Source of the DNA: Guillardia theta CCMP2712
Lineage: Eukaryota > Protista > Cryptophyta
Reading direction: 5' to 3'
Length of the DNA: 64,000 nucleotides
NCBI RefSeq assembly: GCF_000315625.1
Contig: NW_005434608.1
Span: forward strand, 145,449-209,448
Made by a program: the position numbers and the translations under genes. This document shows, piece after piece, positions 51,901 to 64,000 of this stretch. Within the stretch, counting starts at the first letter, position 1. The number at the start of each line of letters is the position of its first letter. The notes beneath the pieces were generated by a model. The model did not search any database. It was given only the letters and a program-made list of their open reading frames with translations, and had not been told where the DNA came from.

Positions 51901-53326
51901 CTCCCCTTGTTCTCTCCCTTCTTCACTGGATTGCTACAGGCAGGCGTTTCCTTCTCAGAGGAGGGGATCGTTGTTGACGAGCACCAGCGCACGACCGTTG
52001 CCAACATCATGGTCCCCACTCCCCTCCTCGCCTGTCTCCTGACCCTCCCTTCAGGCAGCAGGAGACTGCTGTACGGGGCAGGACAAGTTCTCCCACGTTG
52101 CAGGGTGGCAGGAAAGTTTCTCTCCCCTACCAATCGCCTCCCTCGGCCCTCTTGTTCACAGGCTTTTGAGCCCCTTCCTGCAGGCCTTTATCGCTACGAA
52201 AGCAGCGCTGCTGCCATGGTGGCTGAGGGGAAGCATCTCTAAAAGCTCCTCCGTCGTTCCTCGCGTCGTCTACACGAAGCCGGAGGAAAGAGACGGGAGG
52301 AGGAGGAGGAGGGAGGAGGGGGCGAGTGACGGGAAGGACGGCAGGTCGCGTCGGTCGGGCTGTCGGAGCAGGAGGTACAGGACAAGTGAGCAAGACAACT
52401 TGCGATGTCCGACTATTTGACTGGTTGAGGGAACAGGTACGGGAAGGTAGGACGGCAATGGACCAAGGTCTCAGTGACCAAGAGCATGCTCGACCGCAGC
52501 CTGGCAGACGAGGAGGTGAAAACTTGACTCGTCGCACTCCCTCACTGACTGCTGCAGGCCGAGCAAGCCTTCATAGAAGTTTACATCCACAACGACGGGC
52601 AAGTCCTGGGGTCCACCATGGTGTCGAACCGAGCCGGGGAGCTCGTCACGCTCGTAGCTATCGCCATCAATGTACTGGCAAGCTGCTGCGAATGCGGCTG
52701 ACCGCCATGGCAGAATAAGATCCACGTCAAGGACCTTGCCACGACTATCCACCCTTATCCTTCCTACGCCTTCGCTCTGCACAAGGTAATGTTCCTCTCA
52801 TCTAATCTCCCTCCTCTCCACTCTGAATTTGGCCCTTGAAGCGTATCATTTCCCATGTTTTCCTTCCTCTTTGCTAGCTCCTTGCATCTTTTCTTCAAGA
52901 GGCCTTCCTGTAGAGTCTTGTCGCTGCTCTCAACCTCTCCTCCTCTCATGGGCTCCCCCTCCTCTCCTTGTCTTTACAGTCTTGACCTGAATATTCTCAC
53001 TCCCTCAGCTTTGGATAGAAGCCGCAACGCGCAATCTATTTCGCAACCTCAACGGAGGTCTTCTGGCGAGCCTGATGAGATTTGCGGTGAAACTTTCAAC
53101 TCCTCTGGGTATACCAAGAACTTACTGGGTTGTCTGCGGCAGTTCGCGGCCTCGCGCATCTTTTCAAAAAAATCCAAAGCTGCTGCTACCCAACCAACCA
53201 ACGAGCCAGCAAAAGAAGCACAACACGGATGATCTACTTGGCCAAAAAAATCAACAAAACGATGTTTTCATGCTAACTCGGATTTCATCATTCCCCTGCT
53301 TTCGCCTCCTTCAGTGGATGGCTTAG
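48956..53326 (+). CDS. Class-I pyridine nucleotide-disulfide oxidoreductase (MerA/LpdA-like) with a membrane-associated N-terminal extension; interrupted by a gap
   Basis: [33 protein letters not shown] (redox CxxxxC), [44 protein letters not shown]. Both ends approximate. Confidence 0.85.
51686..51785. other. Assembly gap (100 N placeholder) inside the oxidoreductase gene
   Basis: Most of the NAD(P)H-binding domain between HLVIIG and GIVVDE is absent, so the true gap must be longer than 100 nt. Confidence 0.9.
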
Positions 53327-55720
53327 ACGGCTGTGTGTGAGGAGCGAGGAGATGGGGAAGGCAAACCGCTTCCCACATACAGAGCAGAAGTTTGACATCT
53401 TGCCCTGCTTCGTTCCCGCAACCTGCCGTGGGTGTCAAGACTAGAAACGGCGAATGAGATGCCAACCGAGCGGCAGTGCTCAAGTATCCTCTTTCTGTTC
53501 TCGCGCATGTGGCCCACTGTCTTCTCAAGTAGAGAAAACTCTTCTTCCTTCATCGAGAGATTCACCAGCTTCCCTCCCGGCTCTAGCCCAGCATCTCTCG
53601 TTCCCATAAGATCTTCAGTCAGTATCAGCCGCACCTGGACATATCGTCACACAGCCATAATCCAATGAAACGATGAGTATTTCTCTCACCCCTGCCCCAC
53701 GCGCCTCTGCGATGGAAAAGACGAGTCCATGCTGATCTGCTGAATCCAGCGAAACCCTGTCATCTTGCCCAAACATAACGCTCGCCTTTATCTACAGAGA
53801 CATCACATAAATTACAGTCACTTGATCACACTCGCAACCAGCAGAGTCTCTTGCCCATGCAGCTGAAAAACAGTCTGACCACCTCCCAGGTCACCTAATG
53901 AAACGTGATGGTTAGAGGAAGCACCTTGAAGGAAATGTAGGCTACCTGTTGAGATTATGTACAACAAGAGATCAAACAGTGGGTCTGTCTTGATGTCTTT
54001 CCCATCAGGCTGACTTTCATCTTCCCCATCCGACAATACAATACAAACAGGTTCTTCTTGTGGTTTTGTTTCTTCCTTCTTTGCCGTTTTCTTCCTCCTT
54101 TTCCGCGGGGATCGCAACTGAGCGCTATTATTTCTGGATTTTGCTGGTGAACCTTGTTCAAGGGTTTGTGATGAATTTGTCTCACGGAAGTCAGTATCTG
54201 TCGTGCCTGCAGCAGAAACAAACTTGCCCATCGCATCATCTCTGTTTCCTCCAAGGTCATTTCCAGATTGCAAATTGCCTGCATCGATTGCTGCGTTAGA
54301 AGGTCCAAGGTGATTGTGTTGAGGCATATCTTCTGCGTAGGGATATCTTACACTTTGAGGAGCAGATTCCACAGTCAAACCCCGTGAGGGTTTTGAGCTA
54401 GACAGAATAAAATTGCTGCAGATTACATTGTTGTTGGATAAAGAATATGAAACGTTGGAATTGTTCATAGCAGCTTCAAATGAATTCAACTCCACAGGAT
54501 TTTGTGGATTCGATTCGAGAGATTGAGATGATGCAAGGACATTGCCTGATGGCAGAGAAAACTTGCTTGCATATGAGACATGATGCTGATTTACATGATG
54601 CTGATTTGTACAATTTGAAACCATTCCATCTTGATATGTTGAAATGTGATTGTGATTTGCATGAATCGGAAAAGAGGCCACGACACCACCTGTTTCCCCA
54701 ATTGCAGTCGGAGTACATGCAGCAATCTGACGTGTTGACAATAGTGAAGAATCCTTCCAGAAATCTAACTTCGAGGTTGGGGAGACATTCAAACCAGCAA
54801 ACGCGTGATCTTTTATCAGGTTCGCCTCCGAAGTCTGGTCTTGCCTGAGAGGTGTCTGGCGATTGCTTGAGGTATCGTCATCCACAGCATTATTCAGACT
54901 TTGAATAGTCGATGGACTACTTTGTACAACCTAACAAAATCGTCAAAGATTAGCCGACAAAAAGAAATATTCGTGTACAGGTGGCATATCTGTAAGCGAT
55001 TTTGGTTGGCTGCACTGGGAAATAGGAGGGACATCAATCTCCCGGGCAATGAAATCCAGCCCTTCGACTAAACAAAAATGTGAAAAACATGGAAAAGATA
55101 GACAAGATCATTCGACCTTCACATCGCTGCATAAAGTTGTAAGCTTGATCCCTTTGTTGGAGCTCATCTATTATTTGGACATATTTCACCATCTTCTTCT
55201 TGACGCACTTGTTCCCTGTTCGGACTTGCACTCGAATCCAGAACGCATTTTCATTTCTTTGAAGCTTGACGCTGGTGTATGACCGATGCCACGGTGTGAA
55301 TCTTTGGTCACCTACTGGCATCAATTCATCCGGGCCCAATTCATCTGGTTTCACTTCCTGAATGACATGGATTCAGACGGATTGAGAGCGAGTTGCCTTC
55401 CTTACCAGATTGCTGTACCAATACTTCCCCTTGCAAGCTCCGTCCTTTGGCAGAGAGGTGGATTGTAGCTCCCAAAGTTTGAAGCCCAAGCTTGACAGCC
55501 ATTCTTTTCTCACCTCGACCACCCATACTTTGTTCTCCTCTGGCAGCTCGGGTTGTGCTAACTTCTTGGCAGTTCCTATCTTTCGCTTCTTAGTTCCCGG
55601 ATTCAAGTACCAGCTCACAGAGCCTTGGTTCTGAGAAGACTGGGTGCCCTGGGGTAGGCTCGCATGCGCTTCACAATGAGAGGCGGATAGTGCGAATGCA
55701 TGGTCCGAAGCTACCTCCAT
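53323..55720 (-). CDS. Hypothetical multi-exon protein, probably nuclear
   Basis: Collinear minus-strand ORFs 55373-55720, 55034-55354, 53818-54885 and 53323-53634 with splice sites; basic motifs KKRK and RKRRKK. Confidence 0.55.
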
Positions 55721-56077
55721 CGAAAGGCTACGGCACCTTTAGAGAAGATTAACAAAAGAAACCGTTATGGAACAACTTTGATATGGTTTGACCTAAACTC
55801 TACAAGAGAATCGAAACGCTCATCACTCCCATAGGTCTGTGTATTCAGAAGTCCTCGCAATCGACCATTCCTATTCACAACTCTCTTTTTACCTCCCTGC
55901 TCCCCCCTTTTCAAGCTTTTTCTCCTCTTGCCCTCGTTCCTTCTCCACTCTCAGCATCGTCCCTCGCTCTGCCTCTCTGTCCCTGCTCCTTCTTCTCTGC
56001 TCCCTGCCGATTCTCTTCGTCGCAAATTTCTTCCCGCGCAAAAATCCTCACAAGGGCTGGGGGATGAGGGCCTTTTC

Positions 56078-56450
56078 AGGCGGCGGCCCGGGCCGGCCGG
56101 GCCGGGACTCGGGGAGTCACTGGCCCAGTGGGGCGCGGCCCGCCGCCGGTCAGGGCCGGCCCGGCCGGGCGCCTAAAGCGCCCGGCCCAGTCACGGGCCG
56201 CCCTACTGCATGTTAAGCCCCCTACTGCATGTCTGCCGGATGACCGTGCCAGGGCTAAGTAGCCCTCGCACTGAGTCCGTACCGCGGCGCCACCGGAGGC
56301 CCCCGGCGTGGCCCGTGGCGCGCCCGGGCCCCGGGCCGGTCCGAGTCCGGCCATCGGGCCGGTACGGTCTGTCACTCCGATCCGGCGACCGGGCGGAGTG
56401 ACTGTGGCACTGAGAACAAGTCACGTGACTCTCAGTGACTCACACTCGGA
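56078..56450. other. Second GC-rich CCGG/GAGTC island between divergent genes
   Basis: Same word content as 38722-39495, followed by an AT-rich tract at 56460-56600. Confidence 0.55.
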
Positions 56451-57632
56451 TGGAAGGTTCCTTCAAGAATTAATGGTAGGAACGAATTGTGAACAGTTCT
56501 TCTTATTTCTGTTTTTAAATCGAAATTGTTTATGTTCTATACAAAATAAATCCAAAAATAATTTAAATATTTCAGTTTTTTGTTTTGATCGAGTTATGCA
56601 AGGGTGTCTTCAGACTTCCAGGATCGGTGGGTGGGTAGTCGAATTTGAACCGGATACTTGAAAACGAGTGGGGTACATATTCCCATTGCTGGGGTAGGGG
56701 GGTACTCTGATTCCTCTATCACCCACAATTCTATATATAAAAGAAGGGCAAATTGGTGAGATCATTGAAAAATGAGGGGTAGTGGAATGGAAATGAGGGT
56801 ACGAAGATGATGGGTAGGGTTATGTGCCTTGGGGTAGGGTAGAAGGAAAGGGTGGAGAGGTTGGCTTGATCAGCACAGCGTCGCAATGGAGGGATAGTGA
56901 GGCGCAGGAACGAGGAGCGAAGTGAGGGAAAGGGAAGACAAGGGAAGGGGGCTAGGAAGACACTGACAATGCTGGATGTATCGTATAGAGCCAGTGAACA
57001 GAACAGTTTCTGCTATTTTGTCCAATTGGAGCAAGCAGATTGGTTGATCTGAATTCGGTACACTAACAAGGTAGTTCTCGTGTTTTCTCCGCGATCATGG
57101 TCCAAGGCCTTGATCACTATGGGGATCTCACTTGGTAACGATAGGGTAAATGTGTACAGATTTCACCTCGCACTTGAATGCTCTCCACCAACAGTTTCAC
57201 CCCCTCTGGTGTTTTGGAGGTATTTGCGTTGCGGTCCGATATGTATGACCCGCCCCCCGTGTGCTGTTCCATGTCGTGTTTGTCGCACCACGTGATGATG
57301 ACATTAAGGGGCCATGGGATATGACTGAAATGCTTGATGTTGTAATGCATCTTGTTGTGCTCGTTGTTAGGAGTCGATGTTTGTTGCAAAATGCTGCAAC
57401 AGTCCTTCACGTCGGCCTAGCGGATTGAAGTTAGAATGTGAGGCCAATGAGCATTTGACAATAAGGACCGATCGTACGTTGCTAGTTTTATGCGACTTTG
57501 CCAACAACGAGCTGACATACTCTCGTCGGAAGCATGCAAAACCTCGCTAACTCTTTGCTTTCCTAGCCAAATCTCGCAACAACCACTCTGCAAACGACGG
57601 TGACTCTGAAAGGAAGGATTGGATTGCCTGGA

Positions 57633-59361
57633 ATGACAGCAGGAATGATGGCGGGCCGGATATCCTGGTTGACTGTATTCGCTCTCCTCCTGTGCACTGT
57701 CTTTTGTCACGTACCCATCTCTGCAAGCGTTCACGTGCTAGAGTCTTCAATCCAGCCTTCGGCAAGGGTGGTCCTCGGGCTCCGAAATCGTGCGCCTGCG
57801 TCCCTGCTGAGGTTGAGAGGTGCTGGCGATGCAGATTCCAAAGTTCAGGAGGCTCTGGCCGCGAAGGAGCTCGGGAATGAAGCGTACAAGAAGAAGGATT
57901 TTGAGGAGGCGATCAAACAGTACGAAAGGGCGGCAGAACTTGATCCGACCTCGATGGTCTACCTGAACAACATCGCTGCTGCTCTGTTTGGGCAAGGAAA
58001 GTACGAGGAGTGCATCAAGAAGTGCCAGGAGGTGGCCTTGTGCCCGTTGTCTTTCTTCCATGTAACGATTCGTTGGGGTTGTACAGGCGATTGAAGTGGG
58101 CAAGCAGTACCGATCAGACTTCAAAGACATTGCTCGAGCGCACTCGCGGTGTGGCAATGCGTGTGCAAAGCTCGGAAGGCTGGAGGAAGCCATCAAGCAC
58201 TACGACAGCTCTCTTGTCGAATTCAAGGATGGTAATGTGGAGCTCAAGGTATGATGCGAAGCGCTTTTTCCAGCCTTGGTGCTTACAATTGTGTTATGAA
58301 GCGACGAGAAGTGATTCGACAGAAGGACGAAATCGATAAAGCCGCTTACCTCAATCCTGAAAAAGCGGAAGAGCACAGGCAGAATGGCAACGCTTTCTTC
58401 AAGGAGGGCAAATGGGTTGATGCCATCAGAGAGTACACTGAAGGGCTCAGACGAGACCCCCAGAATCACTTGATCTATTCGAATCGTGCGCAGGTCCTTG
58501 AGCCTGTGTGAAGTCATGATGTGACATGCATATTTGCATACAGACTTACATCAAGGTCATGGACTTCGGGTCAGCGTTGAAAGATTGCGACAAATGTCTC
58601 GAACTCAAACCTGACTTCCCACGAGCATATGCCCGCAAGGCCACAGTGCAGATGCTTTGCAAGCAGGTGCCCTTCCCTTCTCCCCCTGCCCCCTCCTCCC
58701 CTTCCTCTCCCTGCACCCTCCCACTTCGCTCCATGTCCCCCAGCTGTCACCTTGTACTCGTCCAATTCCTCATGTGCTGATTTCACTTGGCAGATCCATA
58801 AAGCCAAAGAGACTGTTGAGCTGGGGCTGTCCAAGGCTCCAGAAGACCCTGAGCTGAAGGAGGCAAGCGCCTGGCACCTGCTCATCTGGCCTCCCTTCTA
58901 AAGTCAACCTCCAGGTCTTTCGCAAAGTCCAACAGAGCATCATGGGAGTAGGGCTTTCCCCGGAAGAGCGCGAGGAGGCGAGTCGACCCTCGTTGCCCTC
59001 TCCTGTGCCTCGGTGACAGAGCTCGCAGAGGGCCAAGGAGGCCATGAAGGACCCCAGCATCCAGCAGATCATGTCCGATCCCGTCATGCGCCAGGCTAGT
59101 GATCACTTGCGGGTGAGTAGGGGAGCTGACAAGTGAGCCGCAGGTGCTGGACGACATGCAGTCAAACCCTACGTCCGCGGCCAAGCACATGCAGGTCGAG
59201 CTGCCCAACCATCTTACCATGTTGCTTGACGTGCTGTGTTGTACAGGACCCGATGGTCAAGAGGAACATCGATCTGCTGGTGGCGGCAGGTGCGTGATAG
59301 AAGGTCCAAACTTGAACGAGCTGACTCTTGTTGCTCCTTAGGAATCATTCAGATGCGATGA
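57633..59361 (+). CDS. STI1: Sti1/Hop-like Hsp70-Hsp90 co-chaperone (TPR2A-TPR2B-DP2 only) with a signal peptide and transit-like leader
   Basis: KELGNEAYKKKDFEEAI, AYLNPEKAEEHRQNGNAFFKEGKWVDAIREYTE, YSNRA, AMKDPSIQQIMSDPVMRQVLDDMQSNP, LLVAAGIIQMR*. Confidence 0.92.
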
Positions 59362-59673
59362 GGACAAGGGCGAGACTAGGGAGCCTGCTGAATGTTGCCT
59401 GCTACTCTGCATGAATGAAGTGGAACTCCCAATCACTCGTCCTCTCACTCCTCCCCAGCCAGTACGAAGTTTGGTCGCTCATCCACCAGCAGCGTCCGGT
59501 CCGAGAAACGGCAGGTCATCATCAACTTTGTCGATCATGGTCGTGTACTCTCTGCGCATCAGAGCATGGCATGCGTTGTAGACGGAATAAATTTTCGCTT
59601 TGCGCATATGTGAGCACACAGGAATGAGCACAAACGTTCCTTTTTATACATCGCGAATCTGGGCATAACATTT

Positions 59674-61299
59674 TCAGTTGTGCCTCATTCTTACAGGCAC
59701 ATCCACTGCCGCCATGGAGTTGGCACGCTGGTAGATCGCCGTCTTGCCGTGGGCAGGATGATACACGATAGCTTCGGGATCTCCCCTGAAGCCCATCGCT
59801 CGCGCCTCCGCAAGGCTCTGCTGCAGCGTCTTGCCGTCCACCTCAACCTCATGCGCTCCCACCTTCCTTACGGGGGCTGCAGCCAGCTCTGTTGCTCCCT
59901 GTGGAGACTGGTTCGACGACCCAGGAAAGTAGAGGACGGGCTTGCCGCTAGCAGGGTGGTAGATAATTCCTTCAGGCCTGCCCTTCAATCCCAGAGACCG
60001 AGCCAACGCCATGCTCGACGAGAGCGTGCGGCCATCAACCTCGATAGGCCGTTGGCTCAGCTCAGATTTCTGCTCCCCCTGCATTTTCTTCTCGATGTTC
60101 TTCTGGGCCGCGGCCTTGCGGGCTGACGACTTGTCCTGAAGCACGTAGAGCTCTGGCTTTCCCTGTGCTGGATGGTAGACGATGGCCTCTGGCTGGCCCT
60201 TCAATCCCATCTTGTGAGCAGCATTGATGCTACCGGCAAGTGTGCTTGAGTCCACTTCGATCTTTCCTTGCTGTGCTGACGCCAACTCCTGGGTCGTGCC
60301 CGAGAGAGGTGGGGGCTTGACATAAGGCTTCGCCTTCATGTACACATCAGGCTTTCCGTGTGCTGAAGGCAAGAAGATGTTAGAGGTGCTGTGGTCAGAT
60401 CAACAAGCAAGCGCACCAGGATGGTAGATGATCGCCTGGGGGTCTCCTTTGAAGCCAAGGTCATGCGCTTCATCAATGCTCTGCTGGAGAGTCTGCGCCT
60501 TCACTTCAACCTCGCCCTTCTTCTTGCTCTGAGCCACTGAGCGAGCAGCCGACTTCAACGGAATGACGTCAAAGAGCTCTCCATGGAGATCCGCGTACTT
60601 GGGGGGTCCCTGCAGGCCCTCGGACTCGGCCTTTTCCATGGCGCCTTCAATGGTAGGGGAGTCAATGACCTGCGAGAGAGCAGCAGCATCCTTGCTCTTC
60701 TCCTTGGAGTTCAGCCTGTCGTAGCAGAACCTCTGGAGCATCTCGTTGCCGGCAAACTCCTTAGCGCAGAACTCCATCAGCTTGAGAGCCATCATGCTTC
60801 CAGGCTGAGCAAGCACAGACGACTTGGCCGCAAGCCTTGCCTTCGCCGCAGACTTCACGTCCTCCTTGTCAGCCTTCGGGAGGTTGATTCCTGCAACCTT
60901 GTTCATCCTGTCTGACCTGAACTTCTCAGCTTCCAATCGCTCCTTAGCCTCTGCCTCCCACTTGCCCAGGACGGCGGCCATCCTCTCCTGCTGCCTCTCG
61001 TCTTCGACCACGTCCTCTTCCCCTGCAATCTCTCCAGCCTTGAACCCGTTGATGTATGCCTGCCTCTCAGCCAGAAAGAGCAGACTGTTCGCTCCGAGCT
61101 CCTTCAGAGCGGAGATCCTCCGCTGCTCGTCGACATTCTGCAGGAGGGAGCTGGAAGAGTGATAATGATGAACGACCGCCGCCATGAGCAGGAGCGATGC
61201 TGCCACCCCGGCCACAACAGTTCCAATCCTCTTCGCCGACTTGTTGGTGGCTCCAGCAGTCATCTCCTCCGCATCCACGATCTCGATGCGGCTCAGCAT
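59674..61299 (-). CDS. Type II membrane-anchored protein with 4-5 copies of a 42-aa repeat; intron 60363-60416
   Basis: N-terminal hydrophobic segment IGTVVAGVAASLLLMAAVV. Repeats EVD..TL..S...A..xG(L/F)KG.PEAIxYHPAxGKP.LY; splicing restores HP-AHGKP. Confidence 0.8.
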
Positions 61300-62527
61300 C
61301 CTTACGAGCCTGCCCACTAGCGTCAGACGAATGCTCAAGACACACGAACAGCACAGGCTATCGAGCTGACCAAGGAAGATCAAGGAGAACAAAACTTCTA
61401 AATTATTTAACCTCGTTAGTAAACTTACATCATCATCCTACACACCACTTGCCAATGACTTGAAAAACAATCTCTTTCTATGCACGTATCCCAAAATTCT
61501 ACAAACAATCCATGATGAGAAAAACACGTCTTGGCCTACTACAGACCCTGGGTCGGACCGACCTCATTTCTATCGTAGGCTTAACAGCGACATACATCCT
61601 TGCTATCTACAACCCAGTGTCCGCATGATCCTCTCCCCTCGCTACTTCGGCTACTTTTCCTCCACCCAGCATACTGGTTATCTTGGACATTCTGAGCCTT
61701 GCGCGAAACACCCAAAATAGCGATAAAGTTGGGCGGGGAAATTCAATAATGGGCGAAATACTATGGTGAAAATTGAAATTTGGCCAGACCGGTGGAAGGA
61801 GTTTTGACTCTAAAAGAGATTAGCTCAATTATTTTTTCGAAACCAATTGCACCCGCCCGAAGTTTTTTAGGCAGAAAACAAGATTAGCTCATTCTGTTGT
61901 TGAAGACCTTGGGTTTGGTGATAGTTTTCAATTATTTGGTCTACATTTCATTATCTCACTAGAAACAATTCATTTCCGAAGTTGAACTTTAAAAGGGCAC
62001 GAACTTTCTGGCCAAACTGAACACAGAAAGTTCGATCGAACTACTACAACGTTTTTAGATGAATGTAAATGTTTATTAAAGGCAATCCTAAAACTAGTTG
62101 TTGCTCTGCTGCTGTTCCCGCTATAAAAGTTTGAGTTTTTGGGTAAGCCATTGTTATACTTGGTACAAATTCTGTGCAACAATGCCGTACAGAAATCATT
62201 TCGAAGAAGCCATTTTTAAAATAAACATCATTGTATACAGCATCTGAGTACAACATATATCTATAGTTTTTGTAACTGAAGGTATTGATAATAACAACTT
62301 TTGTACCATTTGGCCATCAATGTTCTCAACTCTGGTACTCAATATACAATTATGTAATTGCTGAGTTATAGCGAAACACTACCACTACTGGCTAAGAGGC
62401 TGAAGAACTGCAGAGAAGGCGGAAACTATTGCAGACAAGTGCAAGGGAAGGATGAAGAGAGGAGACGGCGACGAAGGCGAAGAGAGATGAGAGAAACGAT
62501 CATGGCCGTGAGATAGAATCAGGAAGT

Positions 62528-64000
62528 ATGAAGAAGGGAAAGAGCAGAACCGAGCTCGGTACCAAGATATCTGACGATTTCTGGCTGGTGGTAGGGTAGA
62601 TCAATGTGAAGGTATGATAAGAGGCAAAAGACAGAGATGATACGATCCTCCCGAGGTAGTTTACACCGAGTTTGGTTTCTCGGACTAGCAAACTGCACTT
62701 GGAAATCTTGCAGCAACCGTGTATTGACCCCGTTGTGCAGGTTCACACGATAGACTGGCCCGACCATGGTTTACGACATTTCCCCTTACGCTGGCAAGAT
62801 CCTCTTCGAGGAACGATCCAGCACATTTCGTCTCTACGGGCGAAACAGTCTGTATGCATTCAGAGCGGATGAGGGTGGAAATCTTGAGCACCTGTACTGG
62901 GGGAAATCCATTCCCCCACAGGATGACCTGAGATACCTCTCGTTCTCGAATGTGCAACTCAGTTTCGACCCCGGTCCTTTGACATACTTTGAAGACATCA
63001 CTGCCATTCAGGATCTCGTTTCTGAGCAGCTGGACCATGAAAATCTGCTCCGCGAGTGGGACAATGCGAGGAAACAGAACGTAGCTACCTGCATGTTTGG
63101 AGAGGCGTCGGGCGTTATCAACGATGTTGAAGAGGTGGCAGGAACATTGCAGTCATCCTCCGTCCTCGACGAAGAAGCAGTTGCCAGAGCCAGACGAGAA
63201 AATGCTGCGTGGAGGTTGATGAAGATGCAAGAGCTCAAAACCAGCAGGGCTGAGGGGGAAGAAGAGTTGCGCGAGATCGACGATTCGGATGGTGAGCCCA
63301 ACATCCAAGAGGTCCCAGCTCCCAATTATCCTATCAAGAGCCCTCACTTGGGCCCGATGGCCTCGTTCACCAGCCCTCACCTTGGTCCTCTCCACCCAAG
63401 CTTGGCAAAGGCTGGAGCCTTCGGCGAGGGCTTCCTCCCTCTGAATGCCTACCCTCCCGCTGAGGAGTTTGGGCTGGGCCCTCAAGCCACTGAGGATATG
63501 ATTCCTCCGGTCAGGTCTCGACGCGGAAGCCTTACAGGACACGACGATGTTGAGTGGGAAGGCACTCTACCACAGGTTGGGCGCAACACCAAACTGCTCG
63601 AATTCGCAGATTTGGGTACTGGTGACTATCGTCCCCCGAGCTTTTGTGTTGTCTACGAAGACGGCAGTACAATCTGTCCTCTCACCTACAAGGGGCATGA
63701 GATTCACAGAGGGAAGCTGCCCATGAAGTTCGCGAAGGGAAAACTGCCGGAGCTGCGAGGAGGAGAAGAAGACTGCAACAGTCTTGTGGTGCAGATGGAA
63801 GACAGATTGACAGGTCTTGAGTTCGATCTGGTCTACACAGTGTACAAAGACCTCGACGCAATCACGAGGAGAGTCATTGTTCACAATCCCAAAGAGAAGA
63901 AGAGCAATGGCAACAGCAACAAGCCGCGTACTCCGACGAGACTGGACAAGCTTATGAGTGCCACGGTAGACTTCCACACGATGAGTGGGCTGAATCTCAT
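62528..64000 (+). CDS. Alpha-galactosidase, glycoside hydrolase family 36 (N-terminal domain; runs off the window)
   Basis: ILFEERSSTFRLYGRNSLYAF..GNLEHLYWG, LLEFADLGTGDYRPPSF..DGS..LTYKGHEIHRGK, MEDRLTGLEFDLVYTVY..AITRRVIVHN, KLMSATVDF. Open from about 62799 to the window end; first exons uncertain. Confidence 0.85.

Noticed and set aside
48956-53326. Calling the oxidoreductase a true mercuric reductase (merA)
   Set aside because: No metal-binding NmerA domain and no securely placed C-terminal Cys pair; family-level call only.
55741-55755. AGAGAAGATTAACA resembling the U6 snRNA core
   Set aside because: Short imperfect match without flanking U6 sequence.
57117-57540. Possible small minus-strand gene upstream of STI1
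   Set aside because: Could not build a frame-consistent spliced model.
61730-61862. Imperfect inverted repeat GGGCGGG..CCCGCCC suggesting a MITE
   Set aside because: Too short and imperfect, with no target duplication or second copy in the window.
63008-63977. Minus-strand ORFs near the window end
   Set aside because: Shadows of the plus-strand GH36 exon, which the track misses because it has no stop inside the window.

Overview
Gene-dense eukaryotic nuclear DNA with many very short (about 45-70 nt) spliceosomal introns, other introns swollen by GA/CT microsatellites, and four N gaps. The intron style, bipartite targeting leaders and an LRLRG motif suggest a cryptophyte such as Guillardia theta (inference). 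Most track ORFs are exon fragments or shadows, so gene models were spliced by hand and their ends are approximate. Recognisable genes: Anp1/GT62-like glycosyltransferase, PEN-2, bHLH-PAS-like factor, RI-type LRR protein, three RWP-RK paralogues, GT25 glycosyltransferase, MetAP2, LURP-one-like protein, mitochondrial-carrier-family protein, p300/CBP-type HAT, RPB10, DCN1, a flavin-disulfide oxidoreductase, a leader-bearing Sti1/Hop, a repeat-domain membrane protein and the 5' part of a GH36 alpha-galactosidase. The best novelty candidates are: (1) an intron-split, highly divergent TBP-fold protein with an SQ-rich N-terminus (44830-48046), visible only after splicing; (2) a p300-type HAT flanked by an SH3 domain and a chromo-barrel; (3) a carrier with signal, transit and twin-arginine thylakoid-type leaders; (4) an RWP-RK triad sharing a C-terminal WLxW motif; (5) an unrecognised 42-aa repeat domain. 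No rRNA, tRNA, CRISPR array or intact transposon was seen. All family calls come from motif recognition, not database searches.
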